In this document: piece by piece, positions 8,363 to 18,183 of the stretch
Layout: each line of letters starts with the position of its first letter
Position numbering within the stretch: the first letter of the stretch is position 1
NCBI GenBank assembly: GCA_965116925.1
Contig: OZ220744.1
Coordinates: 3,776,001-3,840,000, forward strand
Direction: 5' to 3'
Length of the DNA stretch: 64,000 nucleotides
Source of the DNA: Candidatus Poribacteria bacterium
Lineage (GTDB): Bacteria; Poribacteria; WGA-4E; PCPOR2b
The notes under the pieces: model-generated
What the model saw: only the letters and a program-made list of their open reading frames with translations
Databases searched by the model: none
What the model was told of the DNA's origin: nothing
Made by a program: the position numbers and the translations under genes

Positions 8363-9514
8363 ATGTATACAACCAAGAAGCTGAAATATGATAAGACCCC
8401 TGACTTGGATATGCTTGCTCACGAGTCTGGTCGTTGCTATTGCAAAGTTGTGTCTTTACTCTGGAAAGTCAAGCGGAAGAAAGGGTTTTGGCTATCACAA
8501 GGTGCAGTCCAAAAGTATATGCGTTTGCGTGGCTACAATCTACACTCACAAACGGTACAAGCGATAATCCAATCCTATTTTGATTCGCTCAAGAGTTACT
8601 TTCGGGCTGTCGAGTCAAATCCTGAAGCGAAGCCACCAAAACGGACTCCTCATTTCTACAAGGTGCGTTGGATTCAAAATGGCATCGCCTTCAAAGATGG
8701 TGTCGTCAGGTTGTCTAATGGTAAAGGCAATGCGCCTATTACCCTCAAATCAGATGTCAAACCGGTCTATGTGGAGATGTACTTCCAACGGGGGAGTTAC
8801 TACTTTTCACTTGTCTACAAGGTGCATACACCCCCCAAGTGTGAAACAGACAAAGCGGTTGCGATAGACATGGGTGAGATTCACCCGATAGTTTCTCATG
8901 ACGGACAACAGACCATCATCTACAATGGTCGTGCGTTACGGGCTATCAAACAGTATATCAACAAGTTTAAGGCACATATCCAATCTAAAATGGATAGGTG
9001 TATCAAACGAAGTAATCGCTGGTATCGTCTCAAACGAGTTAAGACCAAGATACTGGCAAAGTTGAACGCTCAACTGAAGGACGCCGAACATAAAATCACA
9101 TCTCGATTTATATCCGACTGCTTAAAGGCGAAGGCGGATACGATAGTGATTGGAGACCTAAAAAGTATCCGGGATAGAGCGAAGTTTTCTAAGAAGTCTA
9201 ACCAGAAGGTTCACCAATGGGCGTTTGCCCGTCTCCAATTCATGATATGCTACAAAGCAGAGTTAGCAGGACTCAAAGTCAAGGTTGTATCCGAGGCATA
9301 CACCTCTCAGACCTGCCCACGGTGTGGCAATCGAAAGAAACCGACAAACCGGAACTATCACTGCAATCACTGTAGCTTTGAATACCACCGAGACGGTGTT
9401 GGTGCAATCAACCTTTGGAACAAAGTATCGGGATTCCTGTTGAGTCCCGTAGTTGGGGCGATGGTGTCCCCGATAGGTGTCAGATTTGATTGGCACCTAT
9501 GTAAATCTGGCTAA
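8363..9514 (+). CDS. tnpB: TnpB with rearranged RuvC-II
   Basis: AIDMG (D), IVIGDL (canonical E absent), SEAYTSQTCPRC, CNHC, HRDGVGAINL (D); SD AAGGA before ATG 8363. Confidence 0.9.
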   Translation: MYTTKKLKYDKTPDLDMLAHESGRCYCKVVSLLWKVKRKKGFWLSQGAVQKYMRLRGYNLHSQTVQAIIQSYFDSLKSYFRAVESNPEAKPPKRTPHFYKVRWIQNGIAFKDGVVRLSNGKGNAPITLKSDVKPVYVEMYFQRGSYYFSLVYKVHTPPKCETDKAVAIDMGEIHPIVSHDGQQTIIYNGRALRAIKQYINKFKAHIQSKMDRCIKRSNRWYRLKRVKTKILAKLNAQLKDAEHKITSRFISDCLKAKADTIVIGDLKSIRDRAKFSKKSNQKVHQWAFARLQFMICYKAELAGLKVKVVSEAYTSQTCPRCGNRKKPTNRNYHCNHCSFEYHRDGVGAINLWNKVSGFLLSPVVGAMVSPIGVRFDWHLCKSG

Positions 9515-9580
9515 CATAGTGGATAAGAATCCCAATGCTTTCGCTTTGGGAGTACGTCAATGGATTTTTAGGGAAAACGC
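9425..9580 (+). ncRNA. Predicted omega RNA of TnpB element 2
   Basis: Stems 9429-36/9442-49 and 9473-81/9492-9500, possible pseudoknot 9481-87/9503-09, right-end hairpin, then guide from 9561. Confidence 0.6.
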
Positions 9581-9620
9581 AAGCCTACTGAAGCAATTAT
9601 GTCGAACAATAGAATTTTGC

Positions 9621-9649
9621 TTGTATAAAAATTTGGTTTGTGCTACAAT
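9621..9649 (+). promoter_or_regulatory. Putative sigma-70 promoter
   Basis: TTGTAT-17-TACAAT with extended TG. Confidence 0.55.
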
Positions 9650-9727
9650 ATGGCAAACTTTTGGAAATTGTCATACCATAAACCATATTCGTTCACTTTA
9701 GAATGAATCTTTTCCGAGGAGGTAACA

Positions 9728-10600
9728 ATGAGAAGTATAACAGGAATAGCGATTGTTAGCATTTTTGTTTTTAGTATTATCCTCAGTGGCTGCGGTAAAT
9801 TGAGCAAAGAAGAGTTTGCCATGGAGATGGATAAATACAACCAAGAAAATACAGCGGCACACACTGATCTGGGTAACCAAGTCTCTGAGCTGAGTGGCAA
9901 GGTTGATGCTCAAGGGGATGCTTTGAGGTCAGAGGTGTCTATGGCAAAAGAAGCTGCCATTACTGCCTCTCAGCAGGGTGATGCGGATACAATTACAGTT
10001 GCCAAAGAGGCAGCTGAAAGTGGGGACGCCAAACTGCGTGAGGAACTTATGCAGACTGCAAATATGGTTGAGGAAAAGGCACAACAGGCCGCCATGTCCG
10101 GAGATCAGAAGCTCCAGGACCAGATTGCTGCCGTTGAGGATACAACCAAAATGCAAGCCCAAAAGATATCCGATTTGGAAGCTGCACTCATGGAGACAAA
10201 AAAGGCACTTGCTGCAACTAAAGAGATGGCTGCTGCCAAACCAATGATGGTGGCTACAGTTCAGTTCCCCAGTGGGAAAGTCGACCTGACTGCAGCTGCC
10301 ATGGAAGCCCTTGATAAAGCAGTGGCAAAGATTCAAGCAGATGCTGAGGCATCGGTCCTCGTCAAGGGTCACGCGGATGGCAGCCCGGTACTCAGGGGAA
10401 GATACCGCAGCAACTGGGATCTTTCTCAAGCTCGTGCAGATTCGGTTGTGCAATATCTCAAGAGCAAAGGCGTAGCGAATACAATTCAATCTCGTGGACT
10501 TGGACATACGGAACCTATCGCTCCAGTTAAGACGAGAGAGGGGCGCGCCCAGAACCGGCGAGCAGAGGTTATTCTCTTGCCGGCTGGCTCGATGATGTAG
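9728..10600 (+). CDS. OmpA/MotB-family lipoprotein with coiled-coil stalk
   Basis: Lipobox LSGC, Ala/Glu/Gln-rich helical region, GHAD...NWDLSQARA...NRRAEV. Confidence 0.88.
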   Translation: MRSITGIAIVSIFVFSIILSGCGKLSKEEFAMEMDKYNQENTAAHTDLGNQVSELSGKVDAQGDALRSEVSMAKEAAITASQQGDADTITVAKEAAESGDAKLREELMQTANMVEEKAQQAAMSGDQKLQDQIAAVEDTTKMQAQKISDLEAALMETKKALAATKEMAAAKPMMVATVQFPSGKVDLTAAAMEALDKAVAKIQADAEASVLVKGHADGSPVLRGRYRSNWDLSQARADSVVQYLKSKGVANTIQSRGLGHTEPIAPVKTREGRAQNRRAEVILLPAGSMM

Positions 10601-10623
10601 CACTTCACACTGTACCTACTTTC

Positions 10624-10668
10624 AGGGAAATTGGGTGGAATCGGCTTCATCCCAATTTCCCTTTTTTT
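10624..10668 (+). terminator. Rho-independent terminator
   Basis: AGGGAAATTGGG/CCCAATTTCCCT stem then T-run. Confidence 0.8.
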
Positions 10669-10699
10669 ATGATAATTTAAGTTGCTGTTCAAAAAGTGT

Positions 10700-11167
10700 A
10701 TGGCGAGCAAGAACCAACTATTTGAGGCGAAAACGGAATTTATCGGTACACGCGGCGTTAAAGAGTACCGTGAGACCATCCCTGTTTGGGTGAATACAGA
10801 TGATGTTGTGCTAGAAATCGGTTGTGAGTGGGGGACGACAACCGCGTTGATTGCGCCGCATTGTCAGAAGGTCATCGGTACTGACATTAGTCCTAAGTGT
10901 ATTGAGCGTGCCCGGGAAATGCACCCTGACCTGCACTTTGAGGTCCTAGATGGATTCGATGTTAAAGCAGCACTTGAGTTCGGTGAACAGTTTAATAAGA
11001 TTTATATTGATATTTCCGGTTTATCTGGTTACCGGTCTCTGCTTGATACAATTTCGTTACTTATGATGTACGCGACTGTGCTGCGGCCCGAAGCAATTAT
11101 CGTTAAAAGTGGCGCGCTCAAACGTTTTGCTGCACACTGTATTCCGTGGCGGTCAACGTCATCTTAA
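10700..11167 (+). CDS. Class I SAM-dependent methyltransferase
   Basis: VLEIGCEWGTTT motif I, GTDIS. Confidence 0.75.
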   Translation: MASKNQLFEAKTEFIGTRGVKEYRETIPVWVNTDDVVLEIGCEWGTTTALIAPHCQKVIGTDISPKCIERAREMHPDLHFEVLDGFDVKAALEFGEQFNKIYIDISGLSGYRSLLDTISLLMMYATVLRPEAIIVKSGALKRFAAHCIPWRSTSS

Positions 11168-11231
11168 TTACCTTTTGAGAGGATTTTTCGTCACCCTAAC
11201 GCTAGACTGACGGATTACCGTTTCACGTACC

Positions 11232-11966
11232 ATGCATCTTCCACAGGGTCCTGTCACTTATAAATATATAGAGGTTGGTAAGACACTCTATCAAGCTGTG
11301 TCAACACGAACACCACGATTTCCGCCTCGTGTTGCGTATGTGATGCTTAATTCACTGTTTGAGGAAGAACGGGAGCCGATTACAGTGTATGATCCGTTCT
11401 GCGGTAATGGCGTCATCCTCTGCACAGCGTACCTTCTTTTTTGGCGGAAAATAAAAAAATTGATCGGGACAGACCTGCATCCGGTTGTGTTAGAAACGGC
11501 ACAGCAAAATTTTCGGTGGATGAAGGAACGAAGTGCCCTTGAGGAGCGATTACATGCGATCGAAGCGTACAAAACCGAGAATGATAAACTGAAAAGAGCT
11601 TATCAGGAACGGTGCCGATTGATCTTTAATCACGCGCAACAGATTCACCTTGATGTAGAACTCTCACAACACGACGCAACTCGGATTCGGGAGCATCTGG
11701 CTTTGATTGATGGGGAAGTCGCCCTCGTCACAGATCCACCTTACGCTCATAATGACCATTGGCATCCGAAGGATGGACCGGAATTAGCGGATTTTGGTCC
11801 TCTTGAACCGTTCCTTCAACAAGTTGCAGAGGCACCGAATGTGGCTACGCTCCTGATCTGTTACCGAGTCGATCAACCAATTCGCAAGTTGTTGGAGACG
11901 TACTTTGTGGTGACGCCGCTCGGCGGAACAAAAGGTAGAGCCATCTATCAATGTCAACCGAGATGA
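11232..11966 (+). CDS. SAM-dependent methyltransferase, AviRa-like rRNA methyltransferase
   Basis: GKTLY...PRFPPRVA, TVYDPFCGNG, VTDPPY. Confidence 0.6.
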   Translation: MHLPQGPVTYKYIEVGKTLYQAVSTRTPRFPPRVAYVMLNSLFEEEREPITVYDPFCGNGVILCTAYLLFWRKIKKLIGTDLHPVVLETAQQNFRWMKERSALEERLHAIEAYKTENDKLKRAYQERCRLIFNHAQQIHLDVELSQHDATRIREHLALIDGEVALVTDPPYAHNDHWHPKDGPELADFGPLEPFLQQVAEAPNVATLLICYRVDQPIRKLLETYFVVTPLGGTKGRAIYQCQPR

Positions 11967-12031
11967 AGCTGATATATGAAATGTAATGACAACCAAAAAC
12001 GGGAATAGGACCGTTGACAATATAACAAGAA

Positions 12032-12745
12032 ATGGACAGATCTTACATAGTTTCTCCACTGCTACTTATAGTGCTTATTGGCTGCTTCGTAGGAAATATC
12101 TCGGTTGGATCGACAGTCGTCTCAGACGCGCCGCCTGAAGGCGAGCGTCCTAATCTACTACATAATGTTGTAGGGCGTAGCGTCGAATCCGCATCGTTCC
12201 ACATCTCTTTCTTTTCTTATAAGCCAAGCTTGGAGCAGCTTACAACGTTGTTGAACAGCCTCGGCGCGCCGGCACTCAACGCCGGGTTGATGCCGGTTGC
12301 TTCTCTGAAACTGAAACACGCGCCGGAGTTATCTTCCCAAATAGCGATTGGGTATTGGACAAATGCTACAGCCCTACCACCACCGACCGCCGCCGACCTT
12401 TCCGCTACCTTTATCCCCATTTCGTTCAGCTTGCTCTATTATCCCGTCCTGCTCCGTGATTTCCTTCCGCTTTACTTTGGGGGCGGCGTGGGGTATTCAC
12501 ACTTGAGTGTTGGTGGCAGTGGTCTTGTCCTATTGGCGCAACAAGGAATCACTCTTGATGATGGGAATTCTGGTTTGACGGGGAATGTTCAAGTCGGATT
12601 AACGTATTTACTTCTCGACGACCAGCTTACCCTTACCCTTGAGGCAAAGCGGATCCTCAAGACTTTCAAGGGGAGCGGTGCGATTCCCTTCGACCTCGAT
12701 TTTGACGGCACTGCGATTGGCGTGGGGATTGGATTGCACTTCTGA
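12032..12745 (+). CDS. Outer-membrane beta-barrel protein (OmpW/OmpA-like)
   Basis: Signal peptide, LYFGGGVGY strand, terminal GVGIGLHF. Confidence 0.65.
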   Translation: MDRSYIVSPLLLIVLIGCFVGNISVGSTVVSDAPPEGERPNLLHNVVGRSVESASFHISFFSYKPSLEQLTTLLNSLGAPALNAGLMPVASLKLKHAPELSSQIAIGYWTNATALPPPTAADLSATFIPISFSLLYYPVLLRDFLPLYFGGGVGYSHLSVGGSGLVLLAQQGITLDDGNSGLTGNVQVGLTYLLLDDQLTLTLEAKRILKTFKGSGAIPFDLDFDGTAIGVGIGLHF

Positions 12746-12769
12746 AAGGAATGAATCAGCAGATGGAGA

Positions 12770-13294
12770 TTGGAATTGAACGTAGATTTCTTAAAAGATA
12801 AAACAGTCGGAAAAATTTTGCCTTGGCTCGCTTGGGGATGTCTAGTCGTAATTTTAGGTTGTGAGACCGGTACAATAGACAATTTCGGAGGTATCAAGGT
12901 TGAAACTAATTTTCGGTTTGATCGGATTGAGTTCGACATTTTCTTGCTGAATGAAAACGGTCGTCCATTAATCCAGACCGGAAGTATCTTGACACCGGGA
13001 ACTGGGCCCAGGAGCCTCTCGGAGTCCAAATTCACGGCACATGTCGAGATCTACTCAATGCGGAATGGTGCTAGAAGCAAAAAAGTCTACGATGGACGTC
13101 CCATTGATTTGCGATGGGGGGCACTCGGTGGAAACCGCAGGGTCCTTTTTGCGGAAATACCCCATCGGTTGATTGAAAAAGATGAGCAACGTGACACGAG
13201 GATGGGCGTGATTATTGTCACATTGCAAACGGACAAACAGGGCCCATTTAAGGATACTCTGGAAGATACGCGAATTTATAGCCTAGCCCCCTAA
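12770..13294 (+). CDS. Hypothetical lipoprotein
   Basis: Hydrophobic stretch with ILGC lipobox; start uncertain. Confidence 0.55.
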   Translation: MELNVDFLKDKTVGKILPWLAWGCLVVILGCETGTIDNFGGIKVETNFRFDRIEFDIFLLNENGRPLIQTGSILTPGTGPRSLSESKFTAHVEIYSMRNGARSKKVYDGRPIDLRWGALGGNRRVLFAEIPHRLIEKDEQRDTRMGVIIVTLQTDKQGPFKDTLEDTRIYSLAP

Positions 13295-13336
13295 TAGGAT
13301 CGACAATTTTCGATCTTTTCTCTCCTTATATTTATT

Positions 13337-13444
13337 TATAGTAGATTTTAGAATTAATGAGACACTCTAAATCGGCGCAGTTACAAACAGCGCCTACCAA
13401 ACATGGGGAGCGAAAGTGCCCGTTTATTTTTTGAATTCACTATA
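13337..13444 (+). mobile_element. Correia-like MITE, copy 2
   Basis: Same termini and interior as 8072-8177. Confidence 0.82.
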
Positions 13445-13562
13445 ATTAACCCACCCGAATGCCTATCGCACAATTTTGGTTAATCCCTTCCTCTCCTTTT
13501 TCGTCATTCTAATATCTAAATATACGCTGCATCTCAACACCTAAGTACCAAAAGAAGGAAGT

Positions 13563-15791
13563 ATGAGTTTCAATCTGCATCAATTCCCTGAAATTAGAAA
13601 ATACCTATTTCTTTTAAGTTTTATATTCTTATTTCCGATTTGTATAAGTTCCGCCGCTGAACCGATAGAATACCGAGCCGAGGCGTATCGAACTTTTCAG
13701 AGCATTGAGATTGACGGGGATTTCAGTGAAACCGACTGGCAGCATGCAAAGCGAATAAATCAATTTGTCCAAACCGAGCCCGATGAAGGGGCCCCGATAA
13801 CTGAATCAACAGAGGTCCGTATCCTTTACGATGAGAAAAACATCTACTTCGGTTTTACCTGTTCAAGTTCCGGTCGTGATAACATTGTTGCCAACGAAAT
13901 GCGTCGAGATGCAGAAAATTTGCGTGAGAATGATAACGTTTTCATCCTTTTGGACACCTACAACGATAAGCGGAGTGGGGTTTTCTTCCGCATCAATCCA
14001 TTAGGTGCAATGCAGGATATAGCGTTGACAAACAGCGGAGATAGCCAGAACAGGAGTTGGGATGCTGTATGGAACTGTCGCTCCAAGATCAATGATACCC
14101 ATTGGACAACGGAGGTTGCCATTCCTTTTAGCCAACTCCGTTTCAACAGAAGCGATTCGATGGTCTGGGGCTTGAATTTTGGACGAACCATCCGGCGAAA
14201 GAACGAGGAAGCCACGTGGGTTCCGGTATCGAGACAGTATGGGAGTCGATCGAAATATCGAACCGCTAACCTCGGTAACCTAGTTGGTTTGGCAGGCATT
14301 GGCTCGTCAAGACGGCTTGAGTTTCTGCCTTATGTCCTACCGGGGGTTAGTCGAATCGAGGGTGATGAGGGCACCGATGGGGTATTCGACATGGGCTTGG
14401 ATCTGAAGTACGGTTTAACCTCGAACCTTACCGCAGATCTAACGCTTAACACGGATTTTGCTCAAGTTGAGGCGGATCAGGAACAGGTCAACTTGACGCG
14501 CTTTAGTCTGTATTTCCCGGAGAAGCGCCCCTTCTTCTTGGAGGGTGCCGGACTATTTGATTTCGGTATTCCTCGTCCGAGTTTCTTTAGTCCGCCTCCG
14601 TTACTCCTCTTTTATAGTCGTCGCATCGGTCTTGAGGAGGGTTACGCCATCCCGATTATCGGTGGGGGCAAGATTACGGGGAAGGTGGGACCTTACGGCA
14701 TTGGCCTGTTGAATGTGTTGACGGACGAATTTCAGACCGATTCATCAGTTACGGATCAAGATGAAATTGTTGATCTGTCTAGGACAAATTATTCGGTGCT
14801 GCGTGTCACACGGGATATCTTCAGTGGCTCTAGCATCGGAGCGATTGCGATTAATAAACAGGATCCGGATACATACAACCGTGCGGGAGGATTGGACTTC
14901 GCATATCGCCCAAACGACAGTATTGATGTTCGTGGATTGTGGGCACGAACTTACGAGGAGAATGTTTCTAGCAAGAATGATGCGATGTACTTTGGCGGTA
15001 CTTGGCGAAACAGTCTACTCCGATTCAATGGAACATATACGTTCATCGGTGAAGATTTCAACCCTGAAGTCGGCTTCGTCCGCCGTCAGGGCAGCCGACG
15101 ATTCCGTGGACAGATACGTTTCACCCCCTGGCCCAGAAAATTCGGAGTACGACGCATCTTCATGGGACCGGATGTTGACTATATTCTTAACCAAGATGAT
15201 GAGCTGGAAACGCGGGAATTTTCACTCACTAATTGGTTTCAGCTTGAGCAGGGGAGTTGGATCAACGTTGAGATTCGACGAACCTCCGAATTTCTTGACG
15301 AGGATTTTGAAATCCGTGATGGCATTATCATACCGGTTGACGATTACAACTTAACTACCCTCAGAACGATGATCGATACGGATCAGGGGCGGAAGATTTC
15401 CGGTCGATTCGGGGCAAATTACGGCACCTTTTTTAATGGTACAAATCGCGGGTTTGATATCCAGGCGAACTTCAAACCGAGCGGACGCCTCGCCTTTGAA
15501 ACGCAATATCAATTTAACCGGGTGAATCTCCCGAACGAAGATCCTTTCAATGTGAATATTTTCGGGAGTCGCATTGTTTATGCTTTTACCACAACCCTTT
15601 TTGCGAAGTTGTTCGCCCAATGGAACAGCGACGATCAAGTGATTTCCACTAACTTTTTGCTCAACTACATCTACCGTTCCGGCAGCGATTTTTACCTCGT
15701 TTTCAACCAGACTTATGATAGTGATGGTGCGAAAACAGAACTTGAAGAATCAACAGTTGTTGCGAAGATGACTTATTGGTGGAATCCGTAA
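13563..15791 (+). CDS. CBM9-like plus DUF5916 outer-membrane protein, paralog 1
   Basis: Signal peptide, IDG..W.., WTTEVAIPFSQLRF, NTDFAQVEAD...NLTRFSLYFPEKRPFFLEG, YSRRIG, terminal YWWNP. Confidence 0.88.
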   Translation: MSFNLHQFPEIRKYLFLLSFIFLFPICISSAAEPIEYRAEAYRTFQSIEIDGDFSETDWQHAKRINQFVQTEPDEGAPITESTEVRILYDEKNIYFGFTCSSSGRDNIVANEMRRDAENLRENDNVFILLDTYNDKRSGVFFRINPLGAMQDIALTNSGDSQNRSWDAVWNCRSKINDTHWTTEVAIPFSQLRFNRSDSMVWGLNFGRTIRRKNEEATWVPVSRQYGSRSKYRTANLGNLVGLAGIGSSRRLEFLPYVLPGVSRIEGDEGTDGVFDMGLDLKYGLTSNLTADLTLNTDFAQVEADQEQVNLTRFSLYFPEKRPFFLEGAGLFDFGIPRPSFFSPPPLLLFYSRRIGLEEGYAIPIIGGGKITGKVGPYGIGLLNVLTDEFQTDSSVTDQDEIVDLSRTNYSVLRVTRDIFSGSSIGAIAINKQDPDTYNRAGGLDFAYRPNDSIDVRGLWARTYEENVSSKNDAMYFGGTWRNSLLRFNGTYTFIGEDFNPEVGFVRRQGSRRFRGQIRFTPWPRKFGVRRIFMGPDVDYILNQDDELETREFSLTNWFQLEQGSWINVEIRRTSEFLDEDFEIRDGIIIPVDDYNLTTLRTMIDTDQGRKISGRFGANYGTFFNGTNRGFDIQANFKPSGRLAFETQYQFNRVNLPNEDPFNVNIFGSRIVYAFTTTLFAKLFAQWNSDDQVISTNFLLNYIYRSGSDFYLVFNQTYDSDGAKTELEESTVVAKMTYWWNP

Positions 15792-15846
15792 CGCATGAAA
15801 CATAGGACATTTGTAAATATTTGTTTTTTTTCAAAGGAAACCGTCT

Positions 15847-18084
15847 ATGATTTGCCATTTTAACAGAGTACCTATCACGTCACGGTGTGGAAAATCTTTT
15901 CTTATTCTGTCTATGTGCTGTCTGCTGTTTCCGTTCACTGTGAATGCAGATTCGGACGCTATGGAATACCGCGCTCAAGCATATCGAACCTATCAGAGCA
16001 TTGAGATTGACGGAGAATTCAACGAGGAAGACTGGCAGAACGCAAAAACTATCACTCGACTCATCCAGTATGAACCCGTCGAGGGAGAGTTGATTTCGCA
16101 ACCTACGGAGATACGCATCCTTTATGACGCTGAGGAGATTTACTTCGGTTTTACCTGTTTTGACTCTGATATGTCCAAAATAGTTGCCAACGAGATGCGC
16201 CGAGACGGCAGTGGTCAGGACGGATTGCGTGAAAACGACCACGTCTCTATCCTTCTGGATACCTATAACGATCGGCGCAATGGATTTTACTTCCGTGTCA
16301 ATCCGCTAGGAGCACAGGAAGACATGGCTTTAATAAACAGCGGAGAGAGTCGAAATCAGGCTTGGGATGCGATCTGGGAATGTAGCACCAAAATCAATGA
16401 TAACCATTGGACAGCGGAGATAGGTATTCCTTTCAGCCAACTCCGTTTCAGTAAGAGTGACGATATGACATGGGGGCTAAATTTGGGACGAAGCCTTATG
16501 CGCAACCAAGAGGATGCAACATGGGCACCACTCTCCAGAGCGCATGGATTCTTTGCGCGATACCGCACCGATGTCATCGGCAGTTTAGTCGGTTTGGAAG
16601 GGATTACTCCCCCACGGAATCTGGAACTGCTGCCCTATATCCTGCCGGGGGTGAATCGTATCGAAGAAGATAAACAAACCGACGGGGTATTTGGCTACGG
16701 TTTGGACCTCAAGTACGGTATTACCTCCAATCTTACTGCGGACCTGACATTTAACACCGATTTTGCACAGGTCGAGGCGGATCAGGAGCAGGTCAACCTT
16801 ACCCGCTTCAGCTTGTTCTTCCCGGAGAAGCGTCCGTTCTTCTTAGAAGGGGCAGGACTGTTTGATTTCGGTATTCCACGCACTAGCTTCCGCCGTCCGC
16901 CGCCGTTGCTGCTGTTTTATAGTCGCCGCATCGGTCTTGAGGAGGGACGTGCCATCCCGATTATCGGTGGAGGCAAAATTACGGGCAAAGCGGGACCTTA
17001 CGGCATCGGAATGCTAAATGTAGTAACGAATGAATTTTATGATGAGAGCGATCCGGATGAAATTATCGATCTGTCGCGTACCAATTATACCGTGTTGAGG
17101 TTGACACGTGACGTTTTCAGTGGCTCACGCATCGGGTTAATCGGCATCAACAAGCAAGATACTGACACATACAACCGGGCAGGTGGATTTGACTTCACGT
17201 ATCGGCCAATCGATAGCCTCGATGTACGTGGGCTCTGGGCTCGCACGTTTGAATCAGACATCTCCGGTCAGAACAATGCCTTATACGTGGGTAGCACCTG
17301 GCGAAACAGGGATCTTCGCTTGGAGGGTTCATATACGGACATTGGTGAAAACTTTAACCCTGAAGTCGGATTTATCCGGCGGGAGGGAATCCGCCGAATC
17401 AACAGTCAAGTGCGTTATAGTCCCCGGCTCGGCAAATTTGGGATTCGTCAAATCTATACAGGCCCGGAGTTTGATTTTATCCTCAATCAAGACAACCAGT
17501 TGGAAACTCAAGAGATCACATTGACCAACTATTTTCGGTTTGAAAGCGGAAGCTACATTGGTTTTCTACCTAAACGAACCACAGAACACCTTGATGAGGA
17601 TTTTGAAATCCGAGATGGGATTATTATCCCGCCGGGCGAATACACCTTCACTGAAATGATGATTAGAGGTTCCACCGATGATACGAAAGCACTTGCAGGG
17701 CGATATAGTGTGAATTTTGGCAACTTCTATAATGGAAGCAGGTGGGGATTTACCCTCGACGCGAGTTTCAAACCAAACGGGCGTTTGAATGTTGAGCCTA
17801 TATTTCAGTTTAACCGTGTAACGCTTCCGCAAGACGCATTCAATGCGAGCATTTTCGGTGCTCGTGTGGGCTACTCCTTTTCGACAACGCTTTTTGCAAA
17901 AATATTCGCGCAATGGAACAGCGACGATGACATAATCGCCACTAACTTTCTGTTGAATTATATCTACCGTCCCGGGAGCGACTTTTACCTCGTTTTCAAT
18001 CAGATTTATGACACTGGCGGCACAAAAACCGCACTTGACGAATCCACGGTTGTCGCAAAAATGACTTACTGGTGGAATCCGTAG
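15847..18084 (+). CDS. CBM9-like plus DUF5916 outer-membrane protein, paralog 2
   Basis: Same motifs as paralog 1. Confidence 0.88.
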   Translation: MICHFNRVPITSRCGKSFLILSMCCLLFPFTVNADSDAMEYRAQAYRTYQSIEIDGEFNEEDWQNAKTITRLIQYEPVEGELISQPTEIRILYDAEEIYFGFTCFDSDMSKIVANEMRRDGSGQDGLRENDHVSILLDTYNDRRNGFYFRVNPLGAQEDMALINSGESRNQAWDAIWECSTKINDNHWTAEIGIPFSQLRFSKSDDMTWGLNLGRSLMRNQEDATWAPLSRAHGFFARYRTDVIGSLVGLEGITPPRNLELLPYILPGVNRIEEDKQTDGVFGYGLDLKYGITSNLTADLTFNTDFAQVEADQEQVNLTRFSLFFPEKRPFFLEGAGLFDFGIPRTSFRRPPPLLLFYSRRIGLEEGRAIPIIGGGKITGKAGPYGIGMLNVVTNEFYDESDPDEIIDLSRTNYTVLRLTRDVFSGSRIGLIGINKQDTDTYNRAGGFDFTYRPIDSLDVRGLWARTFESDISGQNNALYVGSTWRNRDLRLEGSYTDIGENFNPEVGFIRREGIRRINSQVRYSPRLGKFGIRQIYTGPEFDFILNQDNQLETQEITLTNYFRFESGSYIGFLPKRTTEHLDEDFEIRDGIIIPPGEYTFTEMMIRGSTDDTKALAGRYSVNFGNFYNGSRWGFTLDASFKPNGRLNVEPIFQFNRVTLPQDAFNASIFGARVGYSFSTTLFAKIFAQWNSDDDIIATNFLLNYIYRPGSDFYLVFNQIYDTGGTKTALDESTVVAKMTYWWNP

Positions 18085-18183
18085 TTCGTGAAACGTAAAA
18101 CGTGAAACCTATAAAGCAAGCAAACAACATCAGGACTTGCTCAATAGAATCAATTCTGGAGCCATTTTGAAAGGAGACCGTTT

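Larger units (their letters stand above)
8055..9560 (+). mobile_element. IS200/IS605-family tnpB-only element 2 with IS608-like ends
   Basis: Right end GAAT-CCCAATGCTTTCGCTTTGGG-AGTACG-TCAA (ends 9560); similar left hairpin 8178-8202; left boundary uncertain (after TTAC 8051-8054 or TTAA 8040-8043). Confidence 0.8.
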
